From the NCBI GenBank assembly GCA_038318895.1, contig JBBQCS010000001.1:9495-73494 (forward strand): DNA of 64,000 nt, written 5' to 3'. A program made the position numbers and the translations under genes. The notes beneath the pieces were generated by a model that did not search any database, was not told the DNA's origin, and worked only from the letters and a program-made list of their open reading frames with translations. Source of the stretch: Alphaproteobacteria bacterium (GTDB taxonomy: Bacteria > Pseudomonadota > Alphaproteobacteria > UBA11222). Shown piece by piece: positions 19,066 to 29,353 of this stretch (position 1 is the first letter of the stretch; the number at the start of each line of letters is the position of its first letter).

Positions 19066-21038
19066 AAATGGACCGGCGCAGATCAGGATCAGGGATGCGT
19101 GTGCCGCTGTTGCTCACGCGGTTTTTTGGGTGGCTGATAGTGTTGCCGCGCGCGGCGAAGCTTGCCATCTCGGTTACTTTTGACGCGGTGCCTGTCCTTG
19201 CCGTCAGTCTCATCGGGTTGGCGGGATATCAGTTGCTGTGTAATTGCACGGTGGACGGCGTGACCCGGCTCGCTATTGGCGTGTTGCTCATTTTAATTTG
19301 CATTGGTGTTTTCGTGTTGACCGGCCTGTACCGGCCCCTGCTGCGCTATCGCGATACGCTGATTATTTTTCCTGTGCTGGGTTCCAGCTCGGCGGCGGCG
19401 GCCGTCATTGCGCTGGGTGCGGCGGCATTTACATCTGCCCCCAACACACTGCCTATGATTGGCATATTGTGGCTGGGGCTGATGGCGCTGATGCTGGCCT
19501 GGCGGCTGATTGGCGGCGCGTTGTTGAACAGCGCCGTTCGTGATACTCAGCCCGATGTAACCCGGGTTGCGATTTATGGCGCGGGGCGGGCAGGCGTCGC
19601 GTTGGCCGAGGCCATGGCAAAAGACGACACACTCAAGCTCATGTGCTTTGTGGACGATGACAGCCAATTACATGGCCGCAGTCTGCATGGGGTGAAAGTG
19701 CGTCATGCCAATACCTTGCATAGTCTTGCAGCGCGCCGGCAGCTTGATCTCGTTGTTTTGGCGATACCGTCTGCCAGCCCCTCGCTGCGCGCCGCGATTA
19801 TCAACCAATTGGCCGAACTGGAGGTTAAGGTTGAGACCGCGCCGACACTGGAAGAAATTATTTCCGGCTGGCGCCGCGTCAGTGATATTCGCGCGGTAAG
19901 TCCCGAGGAACTGCTTTCGCGTGAGCCGGTGGCCCCTGATATGGCGTTGCTGGAGCGCGAACTTCGCGGCAAATCGGTGCTGGTAACTGGCGGCGGCGGA
20001 TCGATTGGATCGGCGCTGTGCCGTGCGGTTCTTGCCCATGCGCCGGCAAAGCTGATCATTTTCGAGATGTCGGAATTTGCGCTGTATAGTGTTGAGCGTG
20101 AACTGCGCGAACAGATCGACGCGCGCGGCGGGCGCACCCAACTGGTCTGTCTGTTGGGGTCTGTCCTGGACAAGGCGGCGATCGGCCGCGTGATCGCGGT
20201 GCACAGTCCGCATATTGTCTACCATGCCGCTGCCTACAAGCATGTGCCGCTGGTGGAGATGAACCCGATTGCAGGTGCGGAGAACAATATTTTTGGCACC
20301 CTGAATGTGGCGCAGGCAGCGCATCAGCATGGCGTAAACAAATTTGTGCTGATCTCCACCGACAAGGCGGTACGGCCCACCAATGTCATGGGGGCGGCCA
20401 AACGTGTGGCGGAAAAGCTGGTGCAGGCGCTTGGCCAGAGCGGCAGCCGCACATCTTACACGCTTGTGCGGTTTGGCAATGTGCTGGACTCCGCAGGTTC
20501 TGTCGTACCTTTGTTTCGCGAACAGATACGCGGCGGGGGTCCGGTGACGGTCACCGACCCCGCCATGGTGCGCTATTTTATGACCATTCCGGAGGCCGCC
20601 GATCTGGTTATTCAGGCGGGCGCAATGGCGAAAGGCGACGGTGATCTGTTCCACCTTGATATGGGGGAGCCGGTTAATGTCGCGGACCTGGCGCGTAAAC
20701 TTATTCATTTGTCAGGCTTTTCGGTGCGTGAGCCGGGGACTGGCGGCGGTGATATTGAAATCCGATTCATTGGGTTGCGGCCGGGAGAAAAGCTTTTTGA
20801 AGAATTGCTGGTGGACGGTACAAGCACACCGACACAACATCCGCGTATCTTTCGCGCCGACGCCGGTGTCATGGAGTGGAATGCATTGGAGCCTTTTGTG
20901 GCGCAGCTAACGCAGATCGTGGCGTCGCAGGATGTTGAAGGTTTGAAGTCAGTTCTGCGTCAACTGGTCGAATCCTATGGTACGGTGCGCGGGCATAATT
21001 CTGATGTCGCCAGCGCCTTGAATGTGATTGGTGAATAA
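19062..21038 (+). CDS. Membrane-bound NDP-sugar 4,6-dehydratase/epimerase (CapD/WbpM/PglF-like polysaccharide biosynthesis protein)
   Basis: The ATG at 19062 overlaps the IMPase TGA (ATGA). Four N-terminal TM helices are followed by a Rossmann motif (VLVTGGGGSIGSAL) and an SDR catalytic YxxxK (YKHVP). About 659 aa. Confidence 0.8.
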   Translation: MKMDRRRSGSGMRVPLLLTRFFGWLIVLPRAAKLAISVTFDAVPVLAVSLIGLAGYQLLCNCTVDGVTRLAIGVLLILICIGVFVLTGLYRPLLRYRDTLIIFPVLGSSSAAAAVIALGAAAFTSAPNTLPMIGILWLGLMALMLAWRLIGGALLNSAVRDTQPDVTRVAIYGAGRAGVALAEAMAKDDTLKLMCFVDDDSQLHGRSLHGVKVRHANTLHSLAARRQLDLVVLAIPSASPSLRAAIINQLAELEVKVETAPTLEEIISGWRRVSDIRAVSPEELLSREPVAPDMALLERELRGKSVLVTGGGGSIGSALCRAVLAHAPAKLIIFEMSEFALYSVERELREQIDARGGRTQLVCLLGSVLDKAAIGRVIAVHSPHIVYHAAAYKHVPLVEMNPIAGAENNIFGTLNVAQAAHQHGVNKFVLISTDKAVRPTNVMGAAKRVAEKLVQALGQSGSRTSYTLVRFGNVLDSAGSVVPLFREQIRGGGPVTVTDPAMVRYFMTIPEAADLVIQAGAMAKGDGDLFHLDMGEPVNVADLARKLIHLSGFSVREPGTGGGDIEIRFIGLRPGEKLFEELLVDGTSTPTQHPRIFRADAGVMEWNALEPFVAQLTQIVASQDVEGLKSVLRQLVESYGTVRGHNSDVASALNVIGE

Positions 21039-21040
21039 GC

Positions 21041-22165
21041 ATGTCTGGCGGTGTATTTCCCGGCGCTGCGATCACGCTTACGGCGGCGCTAAACCACACG
21101 GTTTTTGTGCTTGGAGTTTTTCTTGCTTCGGCGGCAATGACCTGGGGCATGATCCGTTTCAATATTTCCGATGTGCCGAACGAGCGTTCATCGCATCAGC
21201 GTCCGACACCAAAAAGTGGTGGCGTAGCGATAGCGGCGGCTTTTTTTGCAGGCCTAGCGGGACTTTATCTGCTTAGCGACATGGCACGGCTGCCCGCGGG
21301 GCAATTCGCCATGTTTCTTGTCACCGCTGGCGTCATGTTTGCCGCAGCCTTGATTGATGATGTGATCGGACTACGCGCGCTGGTGAAGTTTTCCGTGCAA
21401 TTCTTTAGCGCGTTGCTGTTCAGCCTGTTCGTGGCGCATATTGATACTTTGGCATTTCCCGTGTTTGGCGACGTTGCGTTTGGCGCCCTTGGTCATGGGA
21501 TCACCGTGCTGTGGATCATATTTTTCATGAACGCCTTTAATTTCATGGATGGCATTAACGGCCTTGCGGGCGGTGGCGCGCTGATAGCCTCGGTCTTCCT
21601 GGCAGGCATCGCGTTTTTTTCCGGGGCGCATTTTGTGTATCTCAGTGCGCTGTGCCTATTCGGCGCTGTGCTTGGGTTTTTTGTATTCAATTTCCCCCAT
21701 GGCCGCATCTTCATGGGGGATACGGGCAGCCAGATCATTGGTTTCGTTCTGGCGGGGCTGGCGGTGATTGGCGCGCGCGCGGACATTGGCCAGGTATCGA
21801 TCATGGTGGTGCCGGTGTTATTTGCATGTTTCCAGTTCGATGTGCTGGCGACACTGTGTTACCGCTTTGCGCGGGGCAAGCAGCTTGGCCAGGCGCATCG
21901 CGAGCATCTGTATCAGATCAGCAACCGTCTTGGGTTTTCACATCAGCGGGTCAGCGCAATCTATTTCGGGCTGTTTGTGATGAACGGGGTATTTGGAGTT
22001 CTGATCCAGGCCGCCGAACCTGCGGCACGGTTACCGTTACTGCTGGGCTGTGTGCTGCTGCATGCGCCGCTGGCGATAATGGTATATGGCGCGGGCCTGC
22101 GTCAGGGGATTGCCGATTTATCCGGCCCAGTCAAAATCCAGCCCCAGGTCCAGACACGCGCTTGA
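21041..22165 (+). CDS. Polyprenyl-phosphate N-acetylhexosamine-1-phosphate transferase (WecA/WbpL/MraY family, GT4)
   Basis: Multi-TM protein with DDVIGL, NAFNFMDGINGLAGG and MGDTGSQ motifs. It starts 2 nt after the upstream stop. Confidence 0.75.
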   Translation: MSGGVFPGAAITLTAALNHTVFVLGVFLASAAMTWGMIRFNISDVPNERSSHQRPTPKSGGVAIAAAFFAGLAGLYLLSDMARLPAGQFAMFLVTAGVMFAAALIDDVIGLRALVKFSVQFFSALLFSLFVAHIDTLAFPVFGDVAFGALGHGITVLWIIFFMNAFNFMDGINGLAGGGALIASVFLAGIAFFSGAHFVYLSALCLFGAVLGFFVFNFPHGRIFMGDTGSQIIGFVLAGLAVIGARADIGQVSIMVVPVLFACFQFDVLATLCYRFARGKQLGQAHREHLYQISNRLGFSHQRVSAIYFGLFVMNGVFGVLIQAAEPAARLPLLLGCVLLHAPLAIMVYGAGLRQGIADLSGPVKIQPQVQTRA

Positions 22166-22984
22166 ATGGGTCAACGCGCCAACGGAAATCAAGTCCACGC
22201 CCGTGGCCGCAATGCCCGCCACCGTGTCCAGATTAACGTTACCGGATGCTTCCAATATTGCGCGTCCATTATTAATACGCACTGCATCGCGCAGCATGTC
22301 GTTGGACATATTATCCAGCAGGATAATATCGGGTTTTTCCAGCAGCGCTTCTTCAAGCTGCGCCAGGGTATCCACCTCGACCTCAATCTTCACCATATGC
22401 CCCGCATGCGCGCGCGCGCGGGCAATGGCAGTGCGCACACCACCGGCAACACCGATGTGATTGTCCTTGATCAGCACGGCGTCATCCAGCCCGAAACGGT
22501 GATTGGCGCCGCCGCCCGCGCGCACCGCATATTTTTGTAACGCACGCATGCCCGGAATGGTTTTACGGGTGCAGCAAATGCGCGCCTTGTGGCCTCCAGT
22601 TGCCGCCACCATGCGGGCCGTGGCGGATGCTATCCCGGAAAGATGGCCCAGAAAATTGAGCGCCGTGCGTTCCGCGGTCAGCGCCGCACGCGCGGGACCG
22701 GAAATAATTGCAATCGTGTCCCCGGGGCAAAGCGCAGCGCCATCCTTGCAGAATTTTTCCACCTGCAAACGCGCGTCCACCTGTTTGAAAACCGCTTCGG
22801 CAATGTCGATCCCGGCCAGACACCCGGCCTGACGGCTAGCCAGTGTGACGCGCACCATAGTCGTATCCGGGATGATGCTGTCCGACGTAATGTCGCCGGC
22901 AGCTCCCAGATCCTCGGCCAGCGCAGTATGCACCAGTGGCAGGTAAAGCAGGGGGGAAAGGGGGATCAGATCATGTGCGCTCAT
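22118..22984 (-). CDS. nadC: Nicotinate-nucleotide pyrophosphorylase (quinolinate phosphoribosyltransferase)
   Basis: 288 aa of typical NadC/ModD-fold sequence; it is the last gene of the nadABC operon. Confidence 0.9.
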   Translation of the reverse strand: MSAHDLIPLSPLLYLPLVHTALAEDLGAAGDITSDSIIPDTTMVRVTLASRQAGCLAGIDIAEAVFKQVDARLQVEKFCKDGAALCPGDTIAIISGPARAALTAERTALNFLGHLSGIASATARMVAATGGHKARICCTRKTIPGMRALQKYAVRAGGGANHRFGLDDAVLIKDNHIGVAGGVRTAIARARAHAGHMVKIEVEVDTLAQLEEALLEKPDIILLDNMSNDMLRDAVRINNGRAILEASGNVNLDTVAGIAATGVDLISVGALTHSSACLDLGLDFDWAG

Positions 22985-24570
22985 GCGTATGCATAGGTTT
23001 TTTGTTTATCTGCGACGGCATCGGCTGAATATGAGAACGAACGGTGTTGCTGATCCGGGTCGGTAGCAGGATAATCTTCCCGGTAATGACCACCACGGCT
23101 TTCACGCCGCTGCAATGCAGCCTCGCAAATCAACCGCGCCGCGGCCAGCATATTACTGATGCGCGCGGAACGGTTTCCAACCATCGCCATCAGCTCATTC
23201 AATTCCGTTAATGCAGTGCGTAACCCGGTCTCGCAGCGCATAACCCCGGCATGCACAGACATGATTTCACGCAAGCGTTGTACAGCTGGGGCCAATTCAG
23301 GCGCGTCATAAGACTGAAATTGCGAATGCGCTGCCCGAGCGGCGTGTTGTCCACCGGCCGTGTTGCATTGTGCAGAAATATCAAGGGCGGCGCGTGCGCC
23401 GAATACAAGACCTTCCAGCAGAGAATTGCTGGCCAGCCGGTTGGCGCCATGCAACCCGGTCGCCGCCACTTCGCCGCAGGCCCACAGGCCGGGCAGGTTG
23501 GTGCGGCCGTTACAGTCGGTTGCTATTCCGCCCATATGATAGTGCGCCGCCGGGGCAACCGGAATCAAATCCGTCGACGGATTAATTCCGGCGGCATTCG
23601 CCAGCGCAAATACGGTGGGAAACCGTTCAGGAAACTTTTCGCCAATCGCCGTACGGCAATCAAGATAGGGTTTGTGGCCGTCACGCACTTGCCGCCAGAT
23701 GGTCCGCGCGACAATATCACGTGGCGCAAGCTCTGCTTCGGGATGGGCGTCGAGCATGAAACGCTCGCCCAGTTCATTCACCAGAACCGCGCCTTCGCCA
23801 CGTAACGCTTCGGTCGCAAGTGGCGCGGGTGAGCGGCCAACATCCATCGCGGTCGGATGGAACTGTACAAACTCCAGGTCCGACAGTTTGGCGCCTGCGT
23901 TCGCCGCCATCGCCAATCCCGCGCCGCTGCATCCCGGTGGATTGGTCGTTACCGTGTACAATCCGCCAATGCCGCCGGTCGCCAGCACCACCGCGGCCGC
24001 CTGCAGGCTAACAGCGTTTGCATCAGTTTGATCTGTCGCGCGGGCAATTACGCCGTATACGCGCCCCTGATCTTGCAGTAATTCCTCGGCGGCAAAATTC
24101 TCGGCAACCGTAATACTGGGACAATCGCGCACGGCGGTAATCAGCGCATGCATCAGCCCGGCGCCGGTTCCGTCACCTCCGATATGCAGAATGCGATTAA
24201 CCGAATGGGCGGCCTCGCGGCCCAGCGCGATATCGCCGCCCGGTGTCCGGTCAAATCGTGCGCCCAGGGCGATCAGTTCTTCAATGCATCGGGGCGCTTC
24301 GCGGGTGGCCAGGGCGACAATGGCGGCGTCGGCAATACCTGCGGCAGCGGTGAGTGTGTCGGACGCGTGTTGCCGTGGGCTATCATCCGGTGCGATGGCG
24401 GCGGAAATTCCGCCTTGCGCCCAATTGGTGGCGGCGCCCGCACCCAACGGCGCATTCAGCAGCAAAATCACCCGATGCGGCGCAAGTTTCAGCGCAGCAG
24501 TTAAACCTGCCACGCCGCCGCCTACAACAATGGCGTCGGCTTGGATCGCGGCTAACTCATTGGGCTGCAT
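22981..24570 (-). CDS. nadB: L-aspartate oxidase
   Basis: N-terminal FAD motif DAIVVGGGVAGLTAALKLA; 529 aa. Its stop overlaps nadC by ATGA. Confidence 0.9.
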   Translation of the reverse strand: MQPNELAAIQADAIVVGGGVAGLTAALKLAPHRVILLLNAPLGAGAATNWAQGGISAAIAPDDSPRQHASDTLTAAAGIADAAIVALATREAPRCIEELIALGARFDRTPGGDIALGREAAHSVNRILHIGGDGTGAGLMHALITAVRDCPSITVAENFAAEELLQDQGRVYGVIARATDQTDANAVSLQAAAVVLATGGIGGLYTVTTNPPGCSGAGLAMAANAGAKLSDLEFVQFHPTAMDVGRSPAPLATEALRGEGAVLVNELGERFMLDAHPEAELAPRDIVARTIWRQVRDGHKPYLDCRTAIGEKFPERFPTVFALANAAGINPSTDLIPVAPAAHYHMGGIATDCNGRTNLPGLWACGEVAATGLHGANRLASNSLLEGLVFGARAALDISAQCNTAGGQHAARAAHSQFQSYDAPELAPAVQRLREIMSVHAGVMRCETGLRTALTELNELMAMVGNRSARISNMLAAARLICEAALQRRESRGGHYREDYPATDPDQQHRSFSYSADAVADKQKTYAYA

Positions 24571-24581
24571 CGTTGTACCTG

Positions 24582-25694
24582 TTATGCTGATACCAGTTCG
24601 CGCGGCCCGCCGACGATTTCCGCCCTACGCAGATTTCCGGGGCCACCCTGCCATTGTGCGGATCCGGCCGCAGGCTGGCCAAGCGCCAGCATGCGTTCTA
24701 CTGCAAGGCGCGCGCGCGGCGCGATCTGCGGGTCAATCTCCACCACATGCTGCATCTCGCGCAGGCTGTGCAAAATATTCTGTAACGAGATTTTCTTCAT
24801 ATAGGGGCACAGATTGCAGGGCCGGATGAACTCCACATTGGGCAGCTCGGCGGCGACATTATCGCTCATCGAACATTCGGTGATCATCACTACCTTGGGC
24901 GGCTGTTTGCTACGCACATAGCCGATCATCCCCGCGGTGGACCCGGCATAATCCGCTTCGTCCAGCACATCGGGGGGGCATTCGGGATGCGCCAGCACGA
25001 TGATGCCGGGATTGGCTTCGCGATATTCGCGAATTTCCTTGGCGGTAAAACGTTCATGCACGATGCAGCGGCCATTCCAGGTAAGGATTTTTACATTGGT
25101 CTGGCGGGCCACATTTTGCGCCAGATATTGATCGGGTAAAAACAGGACGCTGTCCGTTCCAAGTGATTCAACTACCTGCAACGCATTGGACGATGTGCAG
25201 CAAATATCGGTTTCGGCTTTCACGTCGGCACTGGTGTTGACATACGTCACCACGGGCACACCGGGAAACGCCTGTTTCAGCAACCGCACATCCGCGCCGG
25301 TAATCGATTCCGAAAGCGAACAGCCGGCCGACATATCGGGGATCAGAACTGTCTTGCCGGGGTTGAGCAGTTTTGCCGTCTCGGCCATGAAATGCACGCC
25401 ACACTGCACGATAATGTCCGCATCGGCCTTTGCCGCTTCGCGCGCCAGCGCCAGACTGTCCCCGGCAATATCGGCAACCCCGTGATAGATTTCCGGGGTC
25501 ATGTAATTATGCGCCAGAACGATGGCGTTCTTTTGCACCTTCAGTTCATTGATGGCGTGAATGTACGGAGCAAAGAACGGCCATTCTATTTCCGGGATGA
25601 CATTACGCACCCGGTCATAAATCGCAGCCGTGGCGCGGGCCACAGCCGGCGTATATTCGAGCCCGTCACGGGCGAGTTCCGTTGCGCTGTTCAT
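24582..25694 (-). CDS. nadA: Quinolinate synthase
   Basis: 370 aa of NadA-family sequence with the Cys ligands (PCNLCPYM). RBS GGAGAA. Confidence 0.9.
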   Translation of the reverse strand: MNSATELARDGLEYTPAVARATAAIYDRVRNVIPEIEWPFFAPYIHAINELKVQKNAIVLAHNYMTPEIYHGVADIAGDSLALAREAAKADADIIVQCGVHFMAETAKLLNPGKTVLIPDMSAGCSLSESITGADVRLLKQAFPGVPVVTYVNTSADVKAETDICCTSSNALQVVESLGTDSVLFLPDQYLAQNVARQTNVKILTWNGRCIVHERFTAKEIREYREANPGIIVLAHPECPPDVLDEADYAGSTAGMIGYVRSKQPPKVVMITECSMSDNVAAELPNVEFIRPCNLCPYMKKISLQNILHSLREMQHVVEIDPQIAPRARLAVERMLALGQPAAGSAQWQGGPGNLRRAEIVGGPRELVSA

Positions 25695-25742
25695 GGCTTT
25701 CTCCTGCGCTTTCCCTGTTTCCGGGCGCCCTTCTTATTTATA

Positions 25743-25763
25743 CTCATTTAGAGCATAAATGAG
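25743..25763. promoter_or_regulatory. Perfect 21-bp palindrome in the nadA promoter (candidate NrtR operator)
   Basis: CTCATTTA-GAGCA-TAAATGAG lies about 30-50 bp upstream of the nadA start and downstream of nrtR. A second, weaker inverted repeat ATGCT-N7-AGCAT is at 25801-25817, and the core CATTTAG occurs in both. Confidence 0.4.
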
Positions 25764-25851
25764 GCTTAAAAAAACACCGGCTCTTCTTCCGGTCTTCAAT
25801 ATGCTATATGTGAGCATTTAGGCGAGTCAACAACATTATTTCAAAAATATT

Positions 25852-26856
25852 TCAGCGCGGAGACGAAATGCGCACCCCCGCCGCCAGCCGTTCTCGCAGC
25901 ACTTCACGGCGAAAGCGGAACAAAGCGGCGGGACGGCCCCGTTGTTGCGGCTGAATTTCACCGGTGTTTTCGACGATACGGCTGTTCTCGACCAACCGGC
26001 GGAAATTCTGTTTATGCAGCGGCGTACCCAGAATCGCTTCCACCGTGCGCTGTAATTGGAACAGGCTGAATGTTTCCGGCATCAGGTCAAACACCACCGG
26101 CCGGTATTTCAGTTTCGCGCGCAATCGCCCCATGGCGGTCGCCAGTATGCGGCGGTGGTCCGACATCATCGGATTTCCCAGTGGCGGAGGGGGCTGTAAT
26201 CGTTGCACGCCTTCACCTTCGCGCCGCGCCTCGGCGACGAGCCCGGCGCCGTAGAGCAGCTGGTAGCGCTCCAGCACGATCTCCTCGTCCCAGCTTGCGC
26301 CGTCCAGCGCAAAGCAGATATTCGCGCGGTCCTGGCGCACGCGTTGTTCGGATTTCGCCGGCCCGGCCTGTATCCAGGCATGCAGCAGCGGCGCGATCAC
26401 TTTGTCGATAAAGACCGGGCGCCCGTTGCGCCAGTCTTCCCAGGGAAAATAGTCGTACCAGGAACGCCAGGCCGCATTCTCCGGGGGCGTCATATCCGCC
26501 TCATGGGTTAACGCCAGATAACCAACGGAAATCACTCTTGGGCCACCTTCGCGTTCACGCGGGTGGCGTCCGCTGTCGCCAAAAGTATACAGCTGTTCAA
26601 CATAGCCCAGGGTGACACCGATGCGCCCGGTAACGGTTTCGCGCAGTCCAATATCCAGTGTGCGATGGCGGGCGGCGTCAAATGGCCCCGACGGCAACGC
26701 GTCGCCCGCCACATCAAAGCCGCGCGCAATGCTGCGCGCCTCCGCCTCGTCAAGGGCTGGACCATGGCGCACCAGCACGAGCGGCCTGCCATCGGTAACC
26801 GCGACGATTACCGCTCCCAGATCGATGATCATGTCGGTATGTTTGGGAGCCTCCAT
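25852..26856 (-). CDS. nrtR: Nudix-related transcriptional regulator of NAD metabolism (NrtR: Nudix domain + C-terminal winged helix)
   Basis: 334 aa with a Nudix-like N-terminal half and a C-terminal wHTH region (FSLFQLQRTVEAILGTPLHKQNFRRLVE). It sits immediately upstream of nadABC, the classic NrtR context. Confidence 0.6.
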   Translation of the reverse strand: MEAPKHTDMIIDLGAVIVAVTDGRPLVLVRHGPALDEAEARSIARGFDVAGDALPSGPFDAARHRTLDIGLRETVTGRIGVTLGYVEQLYTFGDSGRHPREREGGPRVISVGYLALTHEADMTPPENAAWRSWYDYFPWEDWRNGRPVFIDKVIAPLLHAWIQAGPAKSEQRVRQDRANICFALDGASWDEEIVLERYQLLYGAGLVAEARREGEGVQRLQPPPPLGNPMMSDHRRILATAMGRLRAKLKYRPVVFDLMPETFSLFQLQRTVEAILGTPLHKQNFRRLVENSRIVENTGEIQPQQRGRPAALFRFRREVLRERLAAGVRISSPR

Positions 26857-26870
26857 GCCTGGACTTTGAT

Positions 26871-27377
26871 TTACAGCTTTGCGGGCATGGAAAACAATGT
26901 GCCTTCCATGTCGAACTCGCCAGGCCCCATTTCGTTGACCGCTTCGATCATCCGGCCCTTGCGTCCCATCAGTTTGTCTGCAACGGCCACCAGGCGGCGA
27001 TTGGGCTGGGCGTGGCGCGCGGCGGTGCGCATTATCTGTGCGGCGCTACGTTCGTGGCCTTCGTTCAGATGGCACAGGGCGATATAGGCGGTGGCGGTCG
27101 AACGGCTGATCCCTGCCCAGCAGTGGATCAGCATCGGCGCGCTTTGATCCCAGCTGTCGATGAAACCGAGGATATCCCTGATGTGCTCGTCACCGGGTAT
27201 GACCAGTCCTTCGCGTGGCTCAGCGATGTCGTTCACCGATAGCCGCAAATGCCGCTCACGGTGCACTAAAGGCGGCGTGTCTATCATTGATGCAGGGTCG
27301 AGCAAGGATACAAGATGTGACGGCGCCAACCGTTCAATCGAAGCATGCACCTGGCTAAGCGGACAAACATATATCAT
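26871..27377 (-). CDS. Dual-specificity protein phosphatase (tyrosine phosphatase family)
   Basis: CX5R P-loop HCWAGISRST. The ATG at 27377 has the SD GAGGAA 7 nt upstream; the ORF track extends to 27443. Confidence 0.6.
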   Translation of the reverse strand: MIYVCPLSQVHASIERLAPSHLVSLLDPASMIDTPPLVHRERHLRLSVNDIAEPREGLVIPGDEHIRDILGFIDSWDQSAPMLIHCWAGISRSTATAYIALCHLNEGHERSAAQIMRTAARHAQPNRRLVAVADKLMGRKGRMIEAVNEMGPGEFDMEGTLFSMPAKL

Positions 27378-27448
27378 TGTGAATTCCTCAATTTGACCGG
27401 CCAACACTTGCCTATAGATAAATCTGCCATAGTGCCAGCACACATACC

Positions 27449-28060
27449 TTATTTTGGAGCCAATATGCGAAAGCGTTCCAGAAAGGCGCGCTTGGCCCGG
27501 CTAGGGGAAAGCTGATGAATTTCGGGACAGACAAGATTGCGCGGCCGGTCAAAAATCCGTCCGGCTTCGGCGACGTCAAACCCGGCTACCGAGATAGCCT
27601 CGAAATAGGCGCTGGCGCGGTCGGCGCGCTTGATCGTTCGCGCAATTTCATCGGGCAGCAGCGCAGGCAATCCAAATCGCAGCCGTATAGCGCTGTCCAG
27701 CCGCTGTTCCAGCGCCTTATAATTGGTCCCGACCGCCGCCTTGAAGGGGCTGATCAAATCTCCCACCACATATTCCGCCGCATCATGAAGTAACGCCGCC
27801 AGCCGCCAGCGTTGTTCGGCGCGCGGTTGTATACAGTCATATAAAGCCAGAACCAAAAGCGAATGTTGCGCGACGCTGAACGGCCACGGGCCATTTGTCT
27901 GACCGTTCCAGCGCGCAACACGCGACAGGCCGTGGGCGATATCTTCTATTTCAATATCCAGAGGAGAGGGATCCAGCAGATCCAGCCGCCGCCCGCTCAG
28001 CATTCGTTGCCAGGCCCGTCCCTGCTTATCTTTATCCTGTTTTTGTGTTTTCACGTACAT
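27449..28060 (-). CDS. HD-domain phosphohydrolase (YfbR-like)
   Basis: H..HD..D metal motif (HSLLVLAL..LLHDAAEYVVGD). The true start may be the ATG at 28003 (MLSGRRLDLLDP..). Confidence 0.55.
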   Translation of the reverse strand: MYVKTQKQDKDKQGRAWQRMLSGRRLDLLDPSPLDIEIEDIAHGLSRVARWNGQTNGPWPFSVAQHSLLVLALYDCIQPRAEQRWRLAALLHDAAEYVVGDLISPFKAAVGTNYKALEQRLDSAIRLRFGLPALLPDEIARTIKRADRASAYFEAISVAGFDVAEAGRIFDRPRNLVCPEIHQLSPSRAKRAFLERFRILAPK

Positions 28061-28231
28061 ATCACCAGTATTACTTAGAGTTGTATAGATTATATACTTA
28101 AATAGAAAAATTATACCACACGTTTAACAAATGTGGCGAAATTAAGTCAAAAAAATTCCTGTATTCGCGTAAATATGAACATTGAATTCTGAAAGGTCGT
28201 CCATATTTATTGTGTAGCAGAGGACGAGACC
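28061..28231. promoter_or_regulatory. AT-rich intergenic/promoter region upstream of the PAS-like gene
   Basis: About 170 bp at roughly 30% GC inside a roughly 60% GC genome. There is no coding potential; TATA-like runs are present. Confidence 0.3.
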
Positions 28232-28834
28232 ATGGATAGAAACAATATCATACTAACAATCTTCGAATATTGGCGATCCAAGCTCAAGGGCCGCCGACTA
28301 CCCTCCCGGTCGGATATTGTGCCGGGCGAGTTACGCGAGTTGTTGCCCTTCTTGTTTATTGCGAAGGTGAATACGATAACCCCTGCAGGGCGTGAGATCA
28401 ATTTACGGCTTGTCGGGACCCATATCGAGCGAGCCCTGGGGTTCGATCTTACAGGCTTTCCTGTTGGCGGCGTGGCTAGACACTGGCAGGATTTTACTGT
28501 TGGGCGCGATTTTTTCGATGCAGCAAGCCAGCGCAGCGCGATTATTGCCACGCATGAGTTGCGGGGCACTATAACCCCTGAAAAATTTCTGCCCCAGCAA
28601 ACCGGCGCCGCCTTTTTGCGCTACCATAGGGTGGTGCTGCCTTTGTCGTGCGATGGGTTTCGCGTGGACCGCCTTTTAGGCGCATTGGTTGCGGAGGTGC
28701 GCGAGAATGTCTGGGCAATGTGGCAGGCGCCCTTTGCATTTGAAGTAAAGGCCAAAAAGCTGCTGACATCCCCTTTCACCTGGCCGGCAAATGCGAAATC
28801 TATTGCGTTACCGGCACGCCGGGTTCTTGTTTAG
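28232..28834 (+). CDS. PAS-domain-like protein (small alphaproteobacterial PAS family), function unknown
   Basis: 200 aa, good SD (GAGGA). Lower GC than neighbours; the PAS assignment is tentative. Confidence 0.4.
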   Translation: MDRNNIILTIFEYWRSKLKGRRLPSRSDIVPGELRELLPFLFIAKVNTITPAGREINLRLVGTHIERALGFDLTGFPVGGVARHWQDFTVGRDFFDAASQRSAIIATHELRGTITPEKFLPQQTGAAFLRYHRVVLPLSCDGFRVDRLLGALVAEVRENVWAMWQAPFAFEVKAKKLLTSPFTWPANAKSIALPARRVLV

Positions 28835-29273
28835 CGGTACGTATCGTGAGAGAGGTTTTCACGCTGGCCACATTTGGCGCAGACGTCAGATTTGCGGTTA
28901 AAAAGCGCTGAAATTCTGAAAGGTCATGCGCGACACATTTCAGTATGAAATCGATTTCACCGTTCAGCATGTGACATTCGCGCACAATTGGCCAGGCGGC
29001 CACCATTTGCTCGAATGTTACGAGATCGGCCTCCGCCTGACTGCGCAATGACACCATGGCGAATACCGTGACTTCATATCCCAACGCCCTGGCGTCCAAA
29101 TCCGCATGATAGCCCCGAATGAACCCTGCTTCTTCCAGTGCACGCACCCGGCGCAGGCAGGGCGGCGCGGAAATGCCCACCCGGTGTGCAAGCTCGACAT
29201 TGGTAATGCGGCCATCCGCCTGCATCTCCCGAAGGATCATGCGATCAATTTCGTCCAATTTAACCCGTTGCAT
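28800..29273 (-). CDS. Lrp/AsnC-family transcriptional regulator
   Basis: N-terminal HTH (LDEIDRMILREMQADGRITNVELAHRVGISAPPCLRRVRALEEAGFI) followed by a RAM domain. Confidence 0.85.
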   Translation of the reverse strand: MQRVKLDEIDRMILREMQADGRITNVELAHRVGISAPPCLRRVRALEEAGFIRGYHADLDARALGYEVTVFAMVSLRSQAEADLVTFEQMVAAWPIVRECHMLNGEIDFILKCVAHDLSEFQRFLTANLTSAPNVASVKTSLTIRTAKQEPGVPVTQ

Positions 29274-29353
29274 GGTGATCGAATTCCGAGACTTATGATG
29301 TAAATGATAATATTATTACAAGCGTGAGTAATTATATAACCCAATTAGGGCCA

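Noticed and set aside
28185-28925. 14-bp direct repeat AATTCTGAAAGGTC at 28185-28198 and 28912-28925 flanking the PAS-like gene
   Set aside because: An exact 14-mer pair is expected by chance several times in 64 kb. The second copy lies inside the Lrp coding sequence, and flanking bases do not extend the match.
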